Source: Campylobacterales bacterium (GTDB lineage Bacteria; Campylobacterota; Campylobacteria; Campylobacterales; Sulfurovaceae). From it: a stretch of 64,000 nt of DNA. The position numbers and the translations under genes were made by a program. The notes beneath the pieces are model-generated. The model ran no database searches, was not told the DNA's origin, and saw nothing but the letters and a program-made list of their open reading frames with translations. Of the stretch, positions 53,126 through 64,000 are shown in pieces. The stretch is from contig JACXUO010000001.1 in the NCBI GenBank assembly GCA_014763885.1, positions 62 through 64,061 of the forward strand, given 5' to 3'. Position 1 is the first letter of the stretch, and each line of letters opens with the position of its first letter.

Positions 53126-53321
53126 TCACATCTTGGTTGGACTGCTCTATCACCGAGACTTTGATCTTCGCCTCTTCAATAAGCTTTTGTGCTTCTTTGA
53201 TCGTAGTAAGCCCCTCTTCATAGAGCTTGACTGACTCCTCCAGTGTGATATCCGGCTTCATCAGCTTTTCAAGCAATGCTTTGGAATGGTCCAGCTTCTC
53301 TTCGAAAGTTTCGTTTTTCAT
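53115..53321 (-). CDS. xseB: Exodeoxyribonuclease VII small subunit
   Basis: TFEEKL...ITLEES..LYEEG...L..A. Confidence 0.88.
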   Translation of the reverse strand: MKNETFEEKLDHSKALLEKLMKPDITLEESVKLYEEGLTTIKEAQKLIEEAKIKVSVIEQSNQDVSDA

Positions 53322-54412
53322 GACAAGATGCTCCTTATATCCTCTTCAAACTTATCCAGCTCCACCAAAAAAGCATCATGCCCGTAATCACTCTCTACCT
53401 CTTTGTAGCTGTATGGCTGACCGTTTCTCTCCAGCATCTTTGCGATATGCTCCATCTCGCACGGGAAGAAGAGATAGTCTGCTTCAAAGCTGATCAGATG
53501 CACTCTGGCTTTGATACGCAGGATCGCATCATGCAGGGAGTCATATCCCCGGCTGAGATTGAATGTATTGATCGCTTTGACGATATAGAGATAACTGAGC
53601 GGATCAAACATGCGTGCGAAATTAGCCGTATTGTACTCCATATAACGCTCTACCTCATATCGCCCGAAGAGTTCAAACAGTCCGTCATTATTGACATAGT
53701 TGCGTCCAAACTTCTTATCCATTGACTCCGGAGAGAGATACGAGATATGCCCTGCGATACGGCCGATCGCCAGCCCATCCAGCCCCTCCTCTTTAAATGC
53801 ATCCCTCTCATAGTTCCCATGTTTGAACCTTGGGTCTTTACGGATCGCTTCCATCGCTACTTTGTTAAAGGCGATCGTCCATGGGCGCGTGGCATAGGTT
53901 GCGGCAAGAGAGATGATCTCATCGGCAAAGTTCGGATAGTCCACGGCGAACTGTAGGGCCTGCATTCCTCCCATCGAACCGCCTATGATCGCACGTACAT
54001 GGTAAATGCCAAGATCGGAGAGCAGCTGCATCTGTGCACGGACCATATCCTTGATCGTCACAACCGGAAACTTGAGGCGGTAGGGCTCATGGCTTGGATA
54101 GTTGTTGCTCATCGGCCCGGTACTCCCGAAACATGATCCTATCGTATTGCTGCAGATCACAAAATATCTGGTCGTATCGATCGCCTTGCCATCCCCTATC
54201 AAGCCATCCCACCAGCCCGGTTTTCTGTCACCATCATAGCGCCCTGCCGCATGATGGGAACCGCTGAGTGCATGACAAACCAAAACAACGTTGGAGCGCT
54301 CTTCATTGAGCTCTCCGTACGTCTCATAGGCGATCTCATAAGGTTCCAGGATACGTCCGCTCTCAAGATACAATGGACTGCTAAAATGTGCGATTTTTGT
54401 TTCGATTTTCAT
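53318..54412 (-). CDS. metX: Homoserine O-acetyltransferase
   Basis: CHALSG, GWWD.LIG, GGSMGGMQ, YGHDAFL. Confidence 0.94.
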   Translation of the reverse strand: MKIETKIAHFSSPLYLESGRILEPYEIAYETYGELNEERSNVVLVCHALSGSHHAAGRYDGDRKPGWWDGLIGDGKAIDTTRYFVICSNTIGSCFGSTGPMSNNYPSHEPYRLKFPVVTIKDMVRAQMQLLSDLGIYHVRAIIGGSMGGMQALQFAVDYPNFADEIISLAATYATRPWTIAFNKVAMEAIRKDPRFKHGNYERDAFKEEGLDGLAIGRIAGHISYLSPESMDKKFGRNYVNNDGLFELFGRYEVERYMEYNTANFARMFDPLSYLYIVKAINTFNLSRGYDSLHDAILRIKARVHLISFEADYLFFPCEMEHIAKMLERNGQPYSYKEVESDYGHDAFLVELDKFEEDIRSILS

Positions 54413-54513
54413 TGACTGCTTTTTACCGGTATTTCTTAATAAGCGTATTCTATCCTATTTGTACTTTTATTAAAGTGGACAGGCAGGCCCACTTTTTTGA
54501 AGTGTAGCAGATC

Positions 54514-55773
54514 TTATCCTATTGCCTGCGCCAGGTCATCTATCAGATCCTGCGTATCTTCAAGCCCTACAGAGAGCCTTACCAGCCCGCCCGGTACACC
54601 GGCATCGATCAGCTCCTGCTCGGAAAGCTGCTGATGTGTTGTAGAAGCGGGATGCGTGATGATAGACTTGCTGTCACCGATATTGACCACAAGCGAAAAA
54701 ATATTCGTAGAATCTGCAATCTTCTGTGCTGTCGCTTTATCCTCTACCTCAAAAGAGAGCAACCCGCTGTGCCCGCCCTTGAAATAGTTCTGTCCCATCA
54801 CATAGTTGTGATCTGATTCCAGCCCCGGGTAGTTGACCTTCTTCACCTTGGGGTGTGCTTCTAGAAATTTTGCGATCTCCAGTGCGGAATCGGCATGCTG
54901 TCTCATACGCAGAGAGAGTGTTTCAAGCCCCTGGATATAGAGCCATGAATTGAACGGACTCGGCGCCGCTCCAAGGTCGCGTAACAGTGACAACCTTACT
55001 CTCAGAGTAAAGAGAGGCAGCGGAAGATCAGAGTAGATAAGCCCGTGGTAACTCTCATCGGGTTCATTGAAATGGTTGTAGCGCGGATTATCTTTGATCT
55101 TTTCTACAAGATTTTCTCTCTCTACAATGATCCCGCCGATTGCAAGCCCCTGTCCTGTAGTATATTTGCTCGCAGAGTGTACGACGATATCACATCCAAG
55201 CTGAAGCGGATTACAGAAGATAGGTGTCGCCACTGTGTTATCTACACAGGTAAGGATATCGTGTCTCTCCGCGATCTCGGTAATAGCATCAAAATCCGCT
55301 ACGTCCACGCTTGGATTGGTAATACTCTCAAACAGGATCAGTTTTGTCTTTGCATCGATCAACTCTTCGAGTTCGGAAGGGTTCTGTATATTAAAGTAAC
55401 GCGTTTCGATCCCAAATCTTTTGATCGTATGACCCGTAAGTGTTGTTGTACCGCCATAGACCTGTTTTGCAACGATAATGTTGTCCCCTGCTTCAGCGAC
55501 ATTGGCAATCGCATAGAAGATCGCTGCCATACCGGATGCTGTACCCACCGCTGCGGCCCCGCCTTCCATCGCGGCAAATCGTTTTTCAAACACATCCGTA
55601 GTCGGGTTCATCAATCTCGTATAGATATTGCCAAGTTCCTTTAGTTCAAAAAGGTTTGCCGCATGTTCAGTATCTCTAAACTCATAGGCAGTACTCTGAT
55701 AGATAGGTACAGCCATTGTGCTTTGTGCGTCTTTCTCATATCCTGCATGGATCGCAAGGGTCTGTTGCTTCAT
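54514..55773 (-). CDS. metY: O-acetylhomoserine aminocarboxypropyltransferase (sulfhydrylase)
   Basis: YTRLMNPT, ASGMAA, DNTVATP, HSASKY, NIGDSKS. Confidence 0.92.
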   Translation of the reverse strand: MKQQTLAIHAGYEKDAQSTMAVPIYQSTAYEFRDTEHAANLFELKELGNIYTRLMNPTTDVFEKRFAAMEGGAAAVGTASGMAAIFYAIANVAEAGDNIIVAKQVYGGTTTLTGHTIKRFGIETRYFNIQNPSELEELIDAKTKLILFESITNPSVDVADFDAITEIAERHDILTCVDNTVATPIFCNPLQLGCDIVVHSASKYTTGQGLAIGGIIVERENLVEKIKDNPRYNHFNEPDESYHGLIYSDLPLPLFTLRVRLSLLRDLGAAPSPFNSWLYIQGLETLSLRMRQHADSALEIAKFLEAHPKVKKVNYPGLESDHNYVMGQNYFKGGHSGLLSFEVEDKATAQKIADSTNIFSLVVNIGDSKSIITHPASTTHQQLSEQELIDAGVPGGLVRLSVGLEDTQDLIDDLAQAIG

Positions 55774-55925
55774 TAGGGTTCCTTCTCTGATATATAGTCG
55801 ATCAATTATAGCTATTGAATGCTTGCAGTGAAGCGAATTTTATACTTTTTTATGCTTTTAAAATGGGGAGAGATGATTAAAGGAGTCAAGTAAATACCCA
55901 AAGTTATACTTTGGATATTTTATAC

Positions 55926-57401
<1,476 letters not shown>

Positions 57402-57482
57402 TTATTTTCTCCTTGATAAGAAGCAAAGCTCCTTATCAATTCCTCTCATCTCTAAAGATTAGGCATTCACCTAGGGAAAAGC

Positions 57483-58829
57483 TTAGCTTTTGAGATAATT
57501 TACGGCTCTTTCCATACTCAGAGCACCGTCAAACAGCGTTTTTTCATCAAATTTCCTAGCAATAAGCTGTAGACCTACCGGCATACCCTCATCATTTTTA
57601 GCTACAGGAAGCGAGATCGCAGGAAGTCCTGCAAGGTTGATCGCGATCGTATACATATCGCTTTTATACATCTCCAGAGGATCTTCGCTTGCCCCGATCT
57701 TTGGTGCAACGGATGGTGCAACTGGAGAGAGGATAAGATCACACGTATCAAAGATCGCATTGAACTCATCCTGAATAAGGTGTCTTACCTTCTGGGCCTT
57801 CAGATAGTAAGCGTCATAGAAGCCTGAGGAGAGTACAAAGTTTCCAAGAAGGATACGACGTTTCACCTCTTCACCGAATCCTTCACTTCTTGTATTAAAG
57901 AAGAGCTCTTCGGTGGTTTTCGACTCTGCCCTGGTCCCGTATCTCACACCGTCAAACCTGGCAAGGTTTGTTGCTGCTTCCGCTGTCGCAAGGATATAGT
58001 AGGTGGCAATATCATATTTCGTATTCTGCATGTTTTTATGCACGATCGTATGTCCGGATTCTTCAAGTGCTTGCACTGTTGCGGCATAGGCTTTCTGTAC
58101 ATCTGCATCCGCTTCGGAGATATAGTTGTCTATTACTGCGATCGTCAATTTTCTATCCGGATCCATGTTGTTTGCGATATCCTCGATCTCAAAATCCGCA
58201 GAAGTGGAGTCTTTCTCGTCGTGTCCCTTGATCGCATCATAGAGGATTGCTGCATCTTCCACATTTTGGGTAATGGGCCCGATCTGGTCAAGACTTGAAG
58301 CATAGGCTGCAAGGCCGTAACGGCTTACACGGCCATACGTCGGTTTCATCCCTACTACACCGCAGTATGCAGCAGGCTGGCGGATCGATCCACCCGTATC
58401 TGAACCAAGCGCAGCGATAGCGATGCCCGCTGCAACTGCTGCGGCCGATCCTCCTGAACTACCTCCCGGAACCCTGCTTGTATCATGCGGGTTTTTCGTG
58501 ATCCCGTAGTATGAACTCTCAGTCGTTGACCCCATCGCAAACTCATCCATGTTTGCTCTACCAAATGCCATCATCCCTTTTGCTTTCAGGTTTTTGATCG
58601 CTGTTGCTTCATAAGGAGCGATATACCCTTGAAGGATCTTCGATGCGGAGGTAACAGACCATCCCTTTACCTGGATATTGTCTTTGATCAGGATAGGCAC
58701 ACCCTCACCCGAACTCTCAAATCCCACATAGGCATTAAGGTCACTGGCTTTTGCCTTCGCTTCAAGTTCAGCTCTGATCTCTGCAAGCTCCTCTTTGGAC
58801 TTTGTTAATGCTTCTTTTAATGTGATCAC
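57483..58829 (-). CDS. gatA: Glutamyl-tRNA amidotransferase subunit A
   Basis: [33 protein letters not shown]. Confidence 0.97.
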   Translation of the reverse strand: MITLKEALTKSKEELAEIRAELEAKAKASDLNAYVGFESSGEGVPILIKDNIQVKGWSVTSASKILQGYIAPYEATAIKNLKAKGMMAFGRANMDEFAMGSTTESSYYGITKNPHDTSRVPGGSSGGSAAAVAAGIAIAALGSDTGGSIRQPAAYCGVVGMKPTYGRVSRYGLAAYASSLDQIGPITQNVEDAAILYDAIKGHDEKDSTSADFEIEDIANNMDPDRKLTIAVIDNYISEADADVQKAYAATVQALEESGHTIVHKNMQNTKYDIATYYILATAEAATNLARFDGVRYGTRAESKTTEELFFNTRSEGFGEEVKRRILLGNFVLSSGFYDAYYLKAQKVRHLIQDEFNAIFDTCDLILSPVAPSVAPKIGASEDPLEMYKSDMYTIAINLAGLPAISLPVAKNDEGMPVGLQLIARKFDEKTLFDGALSMERAVNYLKS

Positions 58830-58839
58830 TCTTCCTTCC

Positions 58840-58962
58840 TTATTTTCCTAGTTTCTTCTTATAATATGCTACGATACCTAAACCTACAGCTACCAATCCG
58901 AAAATGATTACGATCGATCCGATGATCACCTCATTTGGTACAGGACGGCTTAGATCAAACAT
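58840..58962 (-). CDS. Small single-TM protein (40 aa) between ileS and gatA
   Basis: [40 protein letters not shown]; TAATG overlap with the ileS stop. Confidence 0.75.
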   Translation of the reverse strand: MFDLSRPVPNEVIIGSIVIIFGLVAVGLGIVAYYKKKLGK

Positions 58963-61709
58963 TAGCTTACCACCTCGGCACATCTGGCACATACTTTTTC
59001 TTCGCTTGCGGATACGAACTTCCAACATCGAGGACATTTACAAGCAGTTGCTTTATGAATCGCGTATGTTTTGCCTTCTACTTCAAAACTAGCCAGCTTC
59101 TCACCTTCGCTATCAGGTTTCACCGCTGATACGACAAACCAGTCTTCCATATCCTTATTGCTGCTAAAGCCTTCGATCTCTCCGACCAGCTCAAGTTCCA
59201 ATGTTGCTTTGATCAGTTTCTCTTTTCTGAGTTTGTCAACCTCTTCATAGAAACCTTCTCTGATCTCCATCAGCGCTGAAACGTCAAACGGTGCCTCCAT
59301 AGCCGGCAGCGGCTCATAGAGAAGATCGAAGATATTTTCCATCTCTCCCTTGAATATCTTCGGCGCATACTCCAGGATCTCATCCGTCGTATAGGTCAAT
59401 ACAGGCGCTACAAGACCCAGCATTGACTTGGCGATCAGTGCCATTGCTGACTGCGCTGCTCTTCTGGTTGTACTCTCTTTTGCATCACAGTAGAGTCTGT
59501 CCTTACAGATATCCATATAGATACCTGAGAGTTCGTTTGTCAGGAAGTGGTTCAGTGTTGCAAACCCTTTGAGGAAATCATTTGCCTCAAATGAAGCTTT
59601 GATCGAAGCAAAGACCTCACCTGCTTTTGCAATAATCCATCGATCCAATTCACCATACGATTCAACCGGTACGATCGCATCCAGATCATCCACGTTTGCA
59701 AGCAGGAATCTGAATGTGTTACGGATCTTTCTATACTGTTCCGCTGTCTGCTTCAGAATGTTGTCTGAGATCTTGAGGTCTGACTGGTAGTCGGAAAGTG
59801 CTACCCACAGTCTGAGGATCTCCGAACCGTACTCCTTGACCACCTTGTCAGGGGCAACAACGTTCCCCTTGGACTTTGACATCTTCTCACCCTTCTCATC
59901 CACGGTAAATCCGTGAGTGATCAGTCTCTTATAGGGTGATTGTCCTGTGATCGCAGCAGAAAGAAGCAGTGAACTTTGGAACCAACCTCTATGCTGGTCA
60001 CTTCCTTCTATATATAGTGATGCCGGGTATTCTCCCGCATCATAGTTGCCGCTCTTGATCACCGAGTTCCATGTCGAACCGCTGTCAAACCACACATCAA
60101 GGATATCATTGATCTTCTCAAGGTCATCCGGGTTGTACTGACTTCCTGCAGGCAACAGCTCAGCGATACTCATCTCATACCATGCATCTGCACCCTTCTC
60201 ATCGAAGAGTGATGCGACATGCTCTAGTACCTCTTCATCCAGGATCACCTCTTTGGTACTCTTGCTTCTAAAGAATGCGATAGGAACACCCCAGCTTCTT
60301 TGACGGGAGATACACCAGTCAGGACGGCCTTCGATCATCGGCTTGAGTCTGTTCTTTGCCGAAGCCGGGAAGAATGCTACCTCTTCGATCGCATCAAGTG
60401 CTGTTTGTCTAAGCGATTTATCCTCACCTTTTGCCGTATCGTCTACCGAGATGAACCATTGGTTTGTTGCTCTGTAGATCAAAGGCTTTTTCGTTCTCCA
60501 ACAGTGTGGATAGGAGTGCACGAACTTGCTTTGTTTTAACAGGTTCTCTCCAAGCAGTTCCAGGATCGGCTCGTTTGCTTTGAAGATATGCATCCCTACA
60601 AACTCTTGTGCATTTGGAAGAAGGTTGAGACCTACTACTGACTCATCATAGCAGCCTCTCTCATCCACAGGCATCACGACATCAAGACCATACTTAAGCC
60701 CTACTCTGTAGTCATCCTCACCGTGTCCAGGTGCGGTATGTACACATCCGGTACCGCCATCCATTGTTACGTGTTCACCAAGTACAATTTTTGAACTTCT
60801 TCCGTTGAGTGGGTTGATCGCCAAAAGGCCTTCCATCTCTTTGGCCGTAAGCTTTCTGCTTGCATGGCCGCTTACGACTCCCTCTTCGATCATCGCATCA
60901 TATCTGGCATCCGCTACGATGTGTCCATCATCTGTAAGTACATACATCTCTTCAGGATTGATCGCGATACCTGTGTTTGACGGAAGTGTCCAAGGTGTCG
61001 TCGTCCAGATCACCAGTCCGGCTTTACCCTCGACTCCGATCTTCTCTTTCGCTGCATCACTGAGTTCAAAATGCACATAGATGGAGTAGTCCTCTTTATC
61101 CTCATACTCCACCTCTGCATCCGCAAGTGCTGTCTGCGCAGCCCATGACCAGAAGATCGGTTTATGACGTTCAACCAACAGCCCTCTCTTTGCTACTTCA
61201 CAAAGCGTTCTGTAGATGTTGGCTTCAAATTTGAAGTCCATCGTTACATAAGGGTTATCCCAGTCAGCGATACATCCCAGAGATTTAAATCCCTCTCTCT
61301 GGATATCGACAAACTTCGCGGCATGGTCACGGCAGAGTTCTCTGAACTTCTCTGTCGGCATCGCCTCTTTTTTCTCCTTGCCGAGCTTCTCTTCGACTTT
61401 CTGCTCGATCGGCAATCCATGACAGTCCCAGCCCGGAGTCATACGTACGGCTTTACCCTGAAAGTAGTTGTATTTAAGAATGATATCTTTGAGTATCTTG
61501 TTGAGTGCATGTCCGATATGGATATCCCCGTTTGCATACGGAGGTCCATCATGCAGTGTGAACATCTCAGCACCGGCACGTTTTGCTTTCATCTGCTCAT
61601 AGATATCTGCATCAAACCAGGCACTGTATTTCTTTGGTTCATTAGTGGGGAGGTTTCCGCGCATCGGGAAGTCTGTTTTGGGAAGGAGTAACGTCTCTTT
61701 AAAATCCAT
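58962..61709 (-). CDS. ileS: Isoleucine--tRNA ligase (type 1)
   Basis: [26 protein letters not shown]-terminal CPRC..CARC; start at ATG 61709. Confidence 0.98.
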   Translation of the reverse strand: MDFKETLLLPKTDFPMRGNLPTNEPKKYSAWFDADIYEQMKAKRAGAEMFTLHDGPPYANGDIHIGHALNKILKDIILKYNYFQGKAVRMTPGWDCHGLPIEQKVEEKLGKEKKEAMPTEKFRELCRDHAAKFVDIQREGFKSLGCIADWDNPYVTMDFKFEANIYRTLCEVAKRGLLVERHKPIFWSWAAQTALADAEVEYEDKEDYSIYVHFELSDAAKEKIGVEGKAGLVIWTTTPWTLPSNTGIAINPEEMYVLTDDGHIVADARYDAMIEEGVVSGHASRKLTAKEMEGLLAINPLNGRSSKIVLGEHVTMDGGTGCVHTAPGHGEDDYRVGLKYGLDVVMPVDERGCYDESVVGLNLLPNAQEFVGMHIFKANEPILELLGENLLKQSKFVHSYPHCWRTKKPLIYRATNQWFISVDDTAKGEDKSLRQTALDAIEEVAFFPASAKNRLKPMIEGRPDWCISRQRSWGVPIAFFRSKSTKEVILDEEVLEHVASLFDEKGADAWYEMSIAELLPAGSQYNPDDLEKINDILDVWFDSGSTWNSVIKSGNYDAGEYPASLYIEGSDQHRGWFQSSLLLSAAITGQSPYKRLITHGFTVDEKGEKMSKSKGNVVAPDKVVKEYGSEILRLWVALSDYQSDLKISDNILKQTAEQYRKIRNTFRFLLANVDDLDAIVPVESYGELDRWIIAKAGEVFASIKASFEANDFLKGFATLNHFLTNELSGIYMDICKDRLYCDAKESTTRRAAQSAMALIAKSMLGLVAPVLTYTTDEILEYAPKIFKGEMENIFDLLYEPLPAMEAPFDVSALMEIREGFYEEVDKLRKEKLIKATLELELVGEIEGFSSNKDMEDWFVVSAVKPDSEGEKLASFEVEGKTYAIHKATACKCPRCWKFVSASEEKVCARCAEVVS

Positions 61710-61736
61710 CTGTGATAACACCTTGAAATGAGGCTT

Positions 61737-62005
61737 ATCACCGTACTAGATACCTACCCCGAATTTAATGCAGTGATTTCGTTCAGAATCAAGGCAGATT
61801 TTTGAAGGACTAGCCGTAGCTAATTTGAAAAAATCTAACGCAGGTTATGGGCGAAAGCACTGCACCCTTTGGGAAGAATGAAAAAGGACAATCTTCAAGC
61901 AAAAAAATCTTCGAATTACCTACAGGTAGTCCTTCAGATTTTTTCACTCACATCTCACCCTTCTTCAATCTTTTAAATGCTCGGGTAGGTATCTAGTACG
62001 GTGAT
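61737..62005. mobile_element. 269-bp non-coding element with perfect 23-bp terminal inverted repeats (MITE/ERIC-like)
   Basis: ATCACCGTACTAGATACCTACCC at 61737-61759 with exact reverse complement at 61983-62005; nested internal hairpins; no ORF. Confidence 0.7.
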
Positions 62006-62045
62006 TTACCTCGTGATAATTATCTCGTGATTGTACCCAAAAGAG

Positions 62046-62068
62046 TATTATAAAACGCTTTTATAATA
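62046..62068. promoter_or_regulatory. Palindrome carrying back-to-back TATAAT -10 boxes (divergent promoters)
   Basis: TATTATAAAA-cgc-TTTTATAATA. Confidence 0.55.
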
Positions 62069-62073
62069 AGTCC

Positions 62074-62209
62074 CAAAATCTACGCTGCCGCTAAAGCATC
62101 TTACGACTCAGCATTTCGTGCTTCGCTTACACTGTGTTTTAGTCACTTGTCAGCAGCAGGTGCCCGAAGGAAGTGCCCTTGGGGTGCTCATGTGACTAGT
62201 CACATTTTA
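62074..62209 (+). ncRNA. Candidate structured sRNA or dispersed REP-like element
   Basis: Follows TATAAT 62062-62067; GC-rich stems; ends in the 16-bp palindrome ATGTGACTAGTCACAT plus TTT. Confidence 0.35.
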
Positions 62210-62251
62210 TCTCTTGACTGCTGTATAGCGATATCTATGCTATACTTATTT

Positions 62252-62737
62252 ATGAAAAATTTAGAAAAAACCGTTAAAAAACTTATAGAAATACTAAGCA
62301 AGAGAGACCAGACTGTCAGTTTTGCTGAAAGCTGTACCGGAGGCCGTATCGCAGCAGCATTCACAGCAGTCTCAGGTTCTTCAACTATCCTGCACGGCTC
62401 ATGTGTCACTTATGCCAATGAGATCAAAGAGCAGTGGCTTGGAGTCCCAAAAGTGATATTGGAAACCAAAGGTGCCGTCAGTAAAGAGTGTGTAGAGTAT
62501 ATGCTTGCAGGGATGGAAAGGATGGCATCTTCTGATTATACACTCGCGGTATCAGGGATAGCAGGTCCGACCGGGGGCACAGAGTTCAAGCCTGTGGGCA
62601 CCGTCTATGTAGGGTTGCGTACACCTGATGGAAAGAATGAAGTCCATCACTGCCTCTTTAAAGGAGAGAGGCATCAGGTACAGGAGCAGGCAACCGCTTT
62701 TGCCATTGAACTTTTAGAAAAAAATGTAAATTCTTAA
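62252..62737 (+). CDS. pncC: CinA C-terminal domain / NMN deamidase
   Basis: AESCTGG, TYANEIK, GAVS, SGIAGPTGG...KPVGTV; start moved to ATG 62252. Confidence 0.88.
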   Translation: MKNLEKTVKKLIEILSKRDQTVSFAESCTGGRIAAAFTAVSGSSTILHGSCVTYANEIKEQWLGVPKVILETKGAVSKECVEYMLAGMERMASSDYTLAVSGIAGPTGGTEFKPVGTVYVGLRTPDGKNEVHHCLFKGERHQVQEQATAFAIELLEKNVNS

Positions 62738-62754
62738 TTTTTTCTCAAAAACCC

Positions 62755-62783
62755 TTGACAACAAAAGTATTCTGAGCTATAAT
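62755..62783 (+). promoter_or_regulatory. Consensus sigma70 promoter of the tRNA operon
   Basis: TTGACA-17 bp-TATAAT. Confidence 0.9.
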
Positions 62784-62819
62784 TCCGTCCACTTATTCAC
62801 AAGTGAGTGAGTAAAAGAT

Positions 62820-62895
62820 GACCTATTAGCTCAGCTGGTAGAGCAACTCCCTTTTAAGGAGTGGGCCCATGGTTCGAATCCATGATGGGTCACCA
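62820..62895 (+). tRNA. tRNA-Lys(UUU)
   Basis: Cloverleaf; anticodon loop CTTTTAA; TTCGAAT; CCA. Confidence 0.97.
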
Positions 62896-62970
62896 TTTAA
62901 TTTTGTAGTTTTCCTCAGCGGAAGGCTCATGCAACGTTGTTGCTTTATTTATGACTGTTTGGATCTAGAT

Positions 62971-63046
62971 GACCCTTTCATCTAGTGGCCAAGGATGCTG
63001 CGTTTTCATCGCAGACACAGAGGTTCAAATCCTCTAGGGGTCGCCA
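62971..63046 (+). tRNA. tRNA-Glu(UUC)
   Basis: Anticodon loop TTTTCAT; TTCAAAT; CCA. Confidence 0.96.
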
Positions 63047-63059
63047 AATTGACAGTTAT

Positions 63060-63135
63060 GGTCGCTTAGCTCAGTTGGTAGAGCGCTACCCTTACAAGGT
63101 AGATGTCACAAGTTCGAGTCTTGTAGCGACCACCA
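63060..63135 (+). tRNA. tRNA-Val(UAC)
   Basis: Anticodon loop CTTACAA; CCA. Confidence 0.97.
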
Positions 63136-63206
63136 TTTAAATCTTGTCTTAATTTAAGGTTAAGGTGAGTATAATTTAAGCTCAAATTAAAATTTGAGAT
63201 TACGGT

Positions 63207-63283
63207 GCGGCGGTAGTTCAGTTGGTTAGAATACCTGCCTGTCACGCAGGGGGTCGCGAGTTCGAGTCTCGTCCGCCGCGCCA
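63207..63283 (+). tRNA. tRNA-Asp(GUC)
   Basis: Anticodon loop CTGTCAC; CCA. Confidence 0.97.
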
Positions 63284-63294
63284 CTATTTTAGGT

Positions 63295-63370
63295 GACCTA
63301 TTAGCTCAGCTGGTAGAGCAACTCCCTTTTAAGGAGTGGGCCCATGGTTCGAATCCATGATGGGTCACCA
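63295..63370 (+). tRNA. tRNA-Lys(UUU), second identical copy
   Basis: Same sequence as 62820-62895. Confidence 0.97.
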
Positions 63371-63391
63371 TTTTTATACATATTTTCATTT

Positions 63392-63467
63392 GGTCGCTTA
63401 GCTCAGTTGGTAGAGCGCTACCCTTACAAGGTAGATGTCACAAGTTCGAGTCTTGTAGCGACCACCA
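63392..63467 (+). tRNA. tRNA-Val(UAC), second identical copy
   Basis: Same sequence as 63060-63135. Confidence 0.97.
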
Positions 63468-63508
63468 TGTTTTACATTAATTTTTTTAATGTCATTCTTT
63501 TTATTGGT

Positions 63509-63585
63509 GCGGCGGTAGTTCAGTTGGTTAGAATACCTGCCTGTCACGCAGGGGGTCGCGAGTTCGAGTCTCGTCCGCCGCGCCA
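63509..63585 (+). tRNA. tRNA-Asp(GUC), second identical copy
   Basis: Same sequence as 63207-63283. Confidence 0.97.
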
Positions 63586-63608
63586 CTTCTTTTAAAACAA
63601 TCAAAAAA

Positions 63609-64000
63609 TTATTTTTTATCCATTAATATCTCTGCTTTTGAACGTAGCTTTCGTGTTAAAAAAGATCTCTCTCTATCAGTCAGTGTATCTACCGATATCA
63701 CCTCTTGATCTTGATTCTTTTCTTTTGATCTATTCTTTTTATCCGGTTTATCCTCTTTGCGGAACATGGTAAGTATCAGATAGGCCGAAACAGCGATATT
63801 GGAAAAGATCACTGTCCATTTGCCTGCCAATACATACGAAAGATACTCTACCTTCTCCGAAAGCCTCAGATATTCAACAATATCCCCATAGATCCATTGT
63901 GACAGCAATACCATAGAGAGCAATACCGCTACGATCGTAAGCCTTCTGCGAAAGCGATAGATAAGTGTCCAAAGTATGAGTGATCTGACCTGTCTTACCA
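63609..64000 (-). CDS. Hypothetical membrane protein (5' end outside the window)
   Basis: The frame of ORF 63609..63923 stays open to the window edge; two hydrophobic segments. Confidence 0.65.
   Translation of the reverse strand, partial: VRQVRSLILWTLIYRFRRRLTIVAVLLSMVLLSQWIYGDIVEYLRLSEKVEYLSYVLAGKWTVIFSNIAVSAYLILTMFRKEDKPDKKNRSKEKNQDQEVISVDTLTDRERSFLTRKLRSKAEILMDKK

Noticed and set aside
55774-55925. SAM riboswitch or Met operator upstream of metY-metX; purine riboswitch upstream of guaB
   Set aside because: No SAM-I/II or purine aptamer consensus seen; only short terminator-like hairpins.
61710-62005. T-box riboswitch for ileS
   Set aside because: No T-box antiterminator consensus, AG/GNUG boxes or terminator U-tract; the terminal-inverted-repeat architecture fits a MITE-like element better.
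62155-62185. SRP (4.5S) RNA, from CAGGTGCCCGAAGGAAG resembling helix 8
   Set aside because: No GNRA tetraloop or AGCA symmetric-loop partner; the resemblance is superficial.
62820-63585. tRNA cluster as an integration site, and ORFs across it
   Set aside because: No integrase or duplicated tRNA 3' fragment in the window; the ORFs at 63066-63604 are artefacts of the tRNA sequences.

Overview
A 64-kb chromosomal segment from a Campylobacterota bacterium, most likely Sulfurovum-like (inferred from gene order, proteins and promoter style). It is mostly core genome in recognisable blocks: glyS; trmL-purU; leuD-leuB; rpoD; the rluD-FN3-trmB-ftsEX-envC-pyrH-rpoZ-spoT-tyrS-fabX-amiA block; the rplU-rpmA-obg-proB-fmt-birA-parAB-atpF'FHAGDC-tolQRA...tolB-pal-cpoB-slyD-fabD-pfs-ttcA block; ileS-gatA-guaB-metY-metX-xseB; pncC; and a seven-tRNA operon. 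Five things stand out. (1) A complete REPtron: a RAYT HUH transposase flanked on both sides by inverted GTAG-REP doublets. One degenerate REP supplies the RAYT stop codon and creates an ATG in frame with rluD. (2) A 269-bp element with perfect 23-bp terminal inverted repeats inside the probable ileS 5' leader, carrying two inverted 26-nt motifs with a compensatory base-pair change. Beside it is a second promoter/terminator-bounded structured RNA candidate. (3) An unannotated 6S-like long-hairpin ncRNA candidate at about 8.9-9.1 kb. (4) A 3.5-kb insert splitting tolA from tolB, with a one-Cys DksA paralog, an alanine dehydrogenase frameshifted at a G5 run, and a doubly disrupted CAP-domain lipoprotein. 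(5) Adjacent ThiF-like and nitrilase-like genes that both lack their canonical catalytic or Zn-binding cysteines. No database searches were run; family assignments come from recognising motifs by eye.
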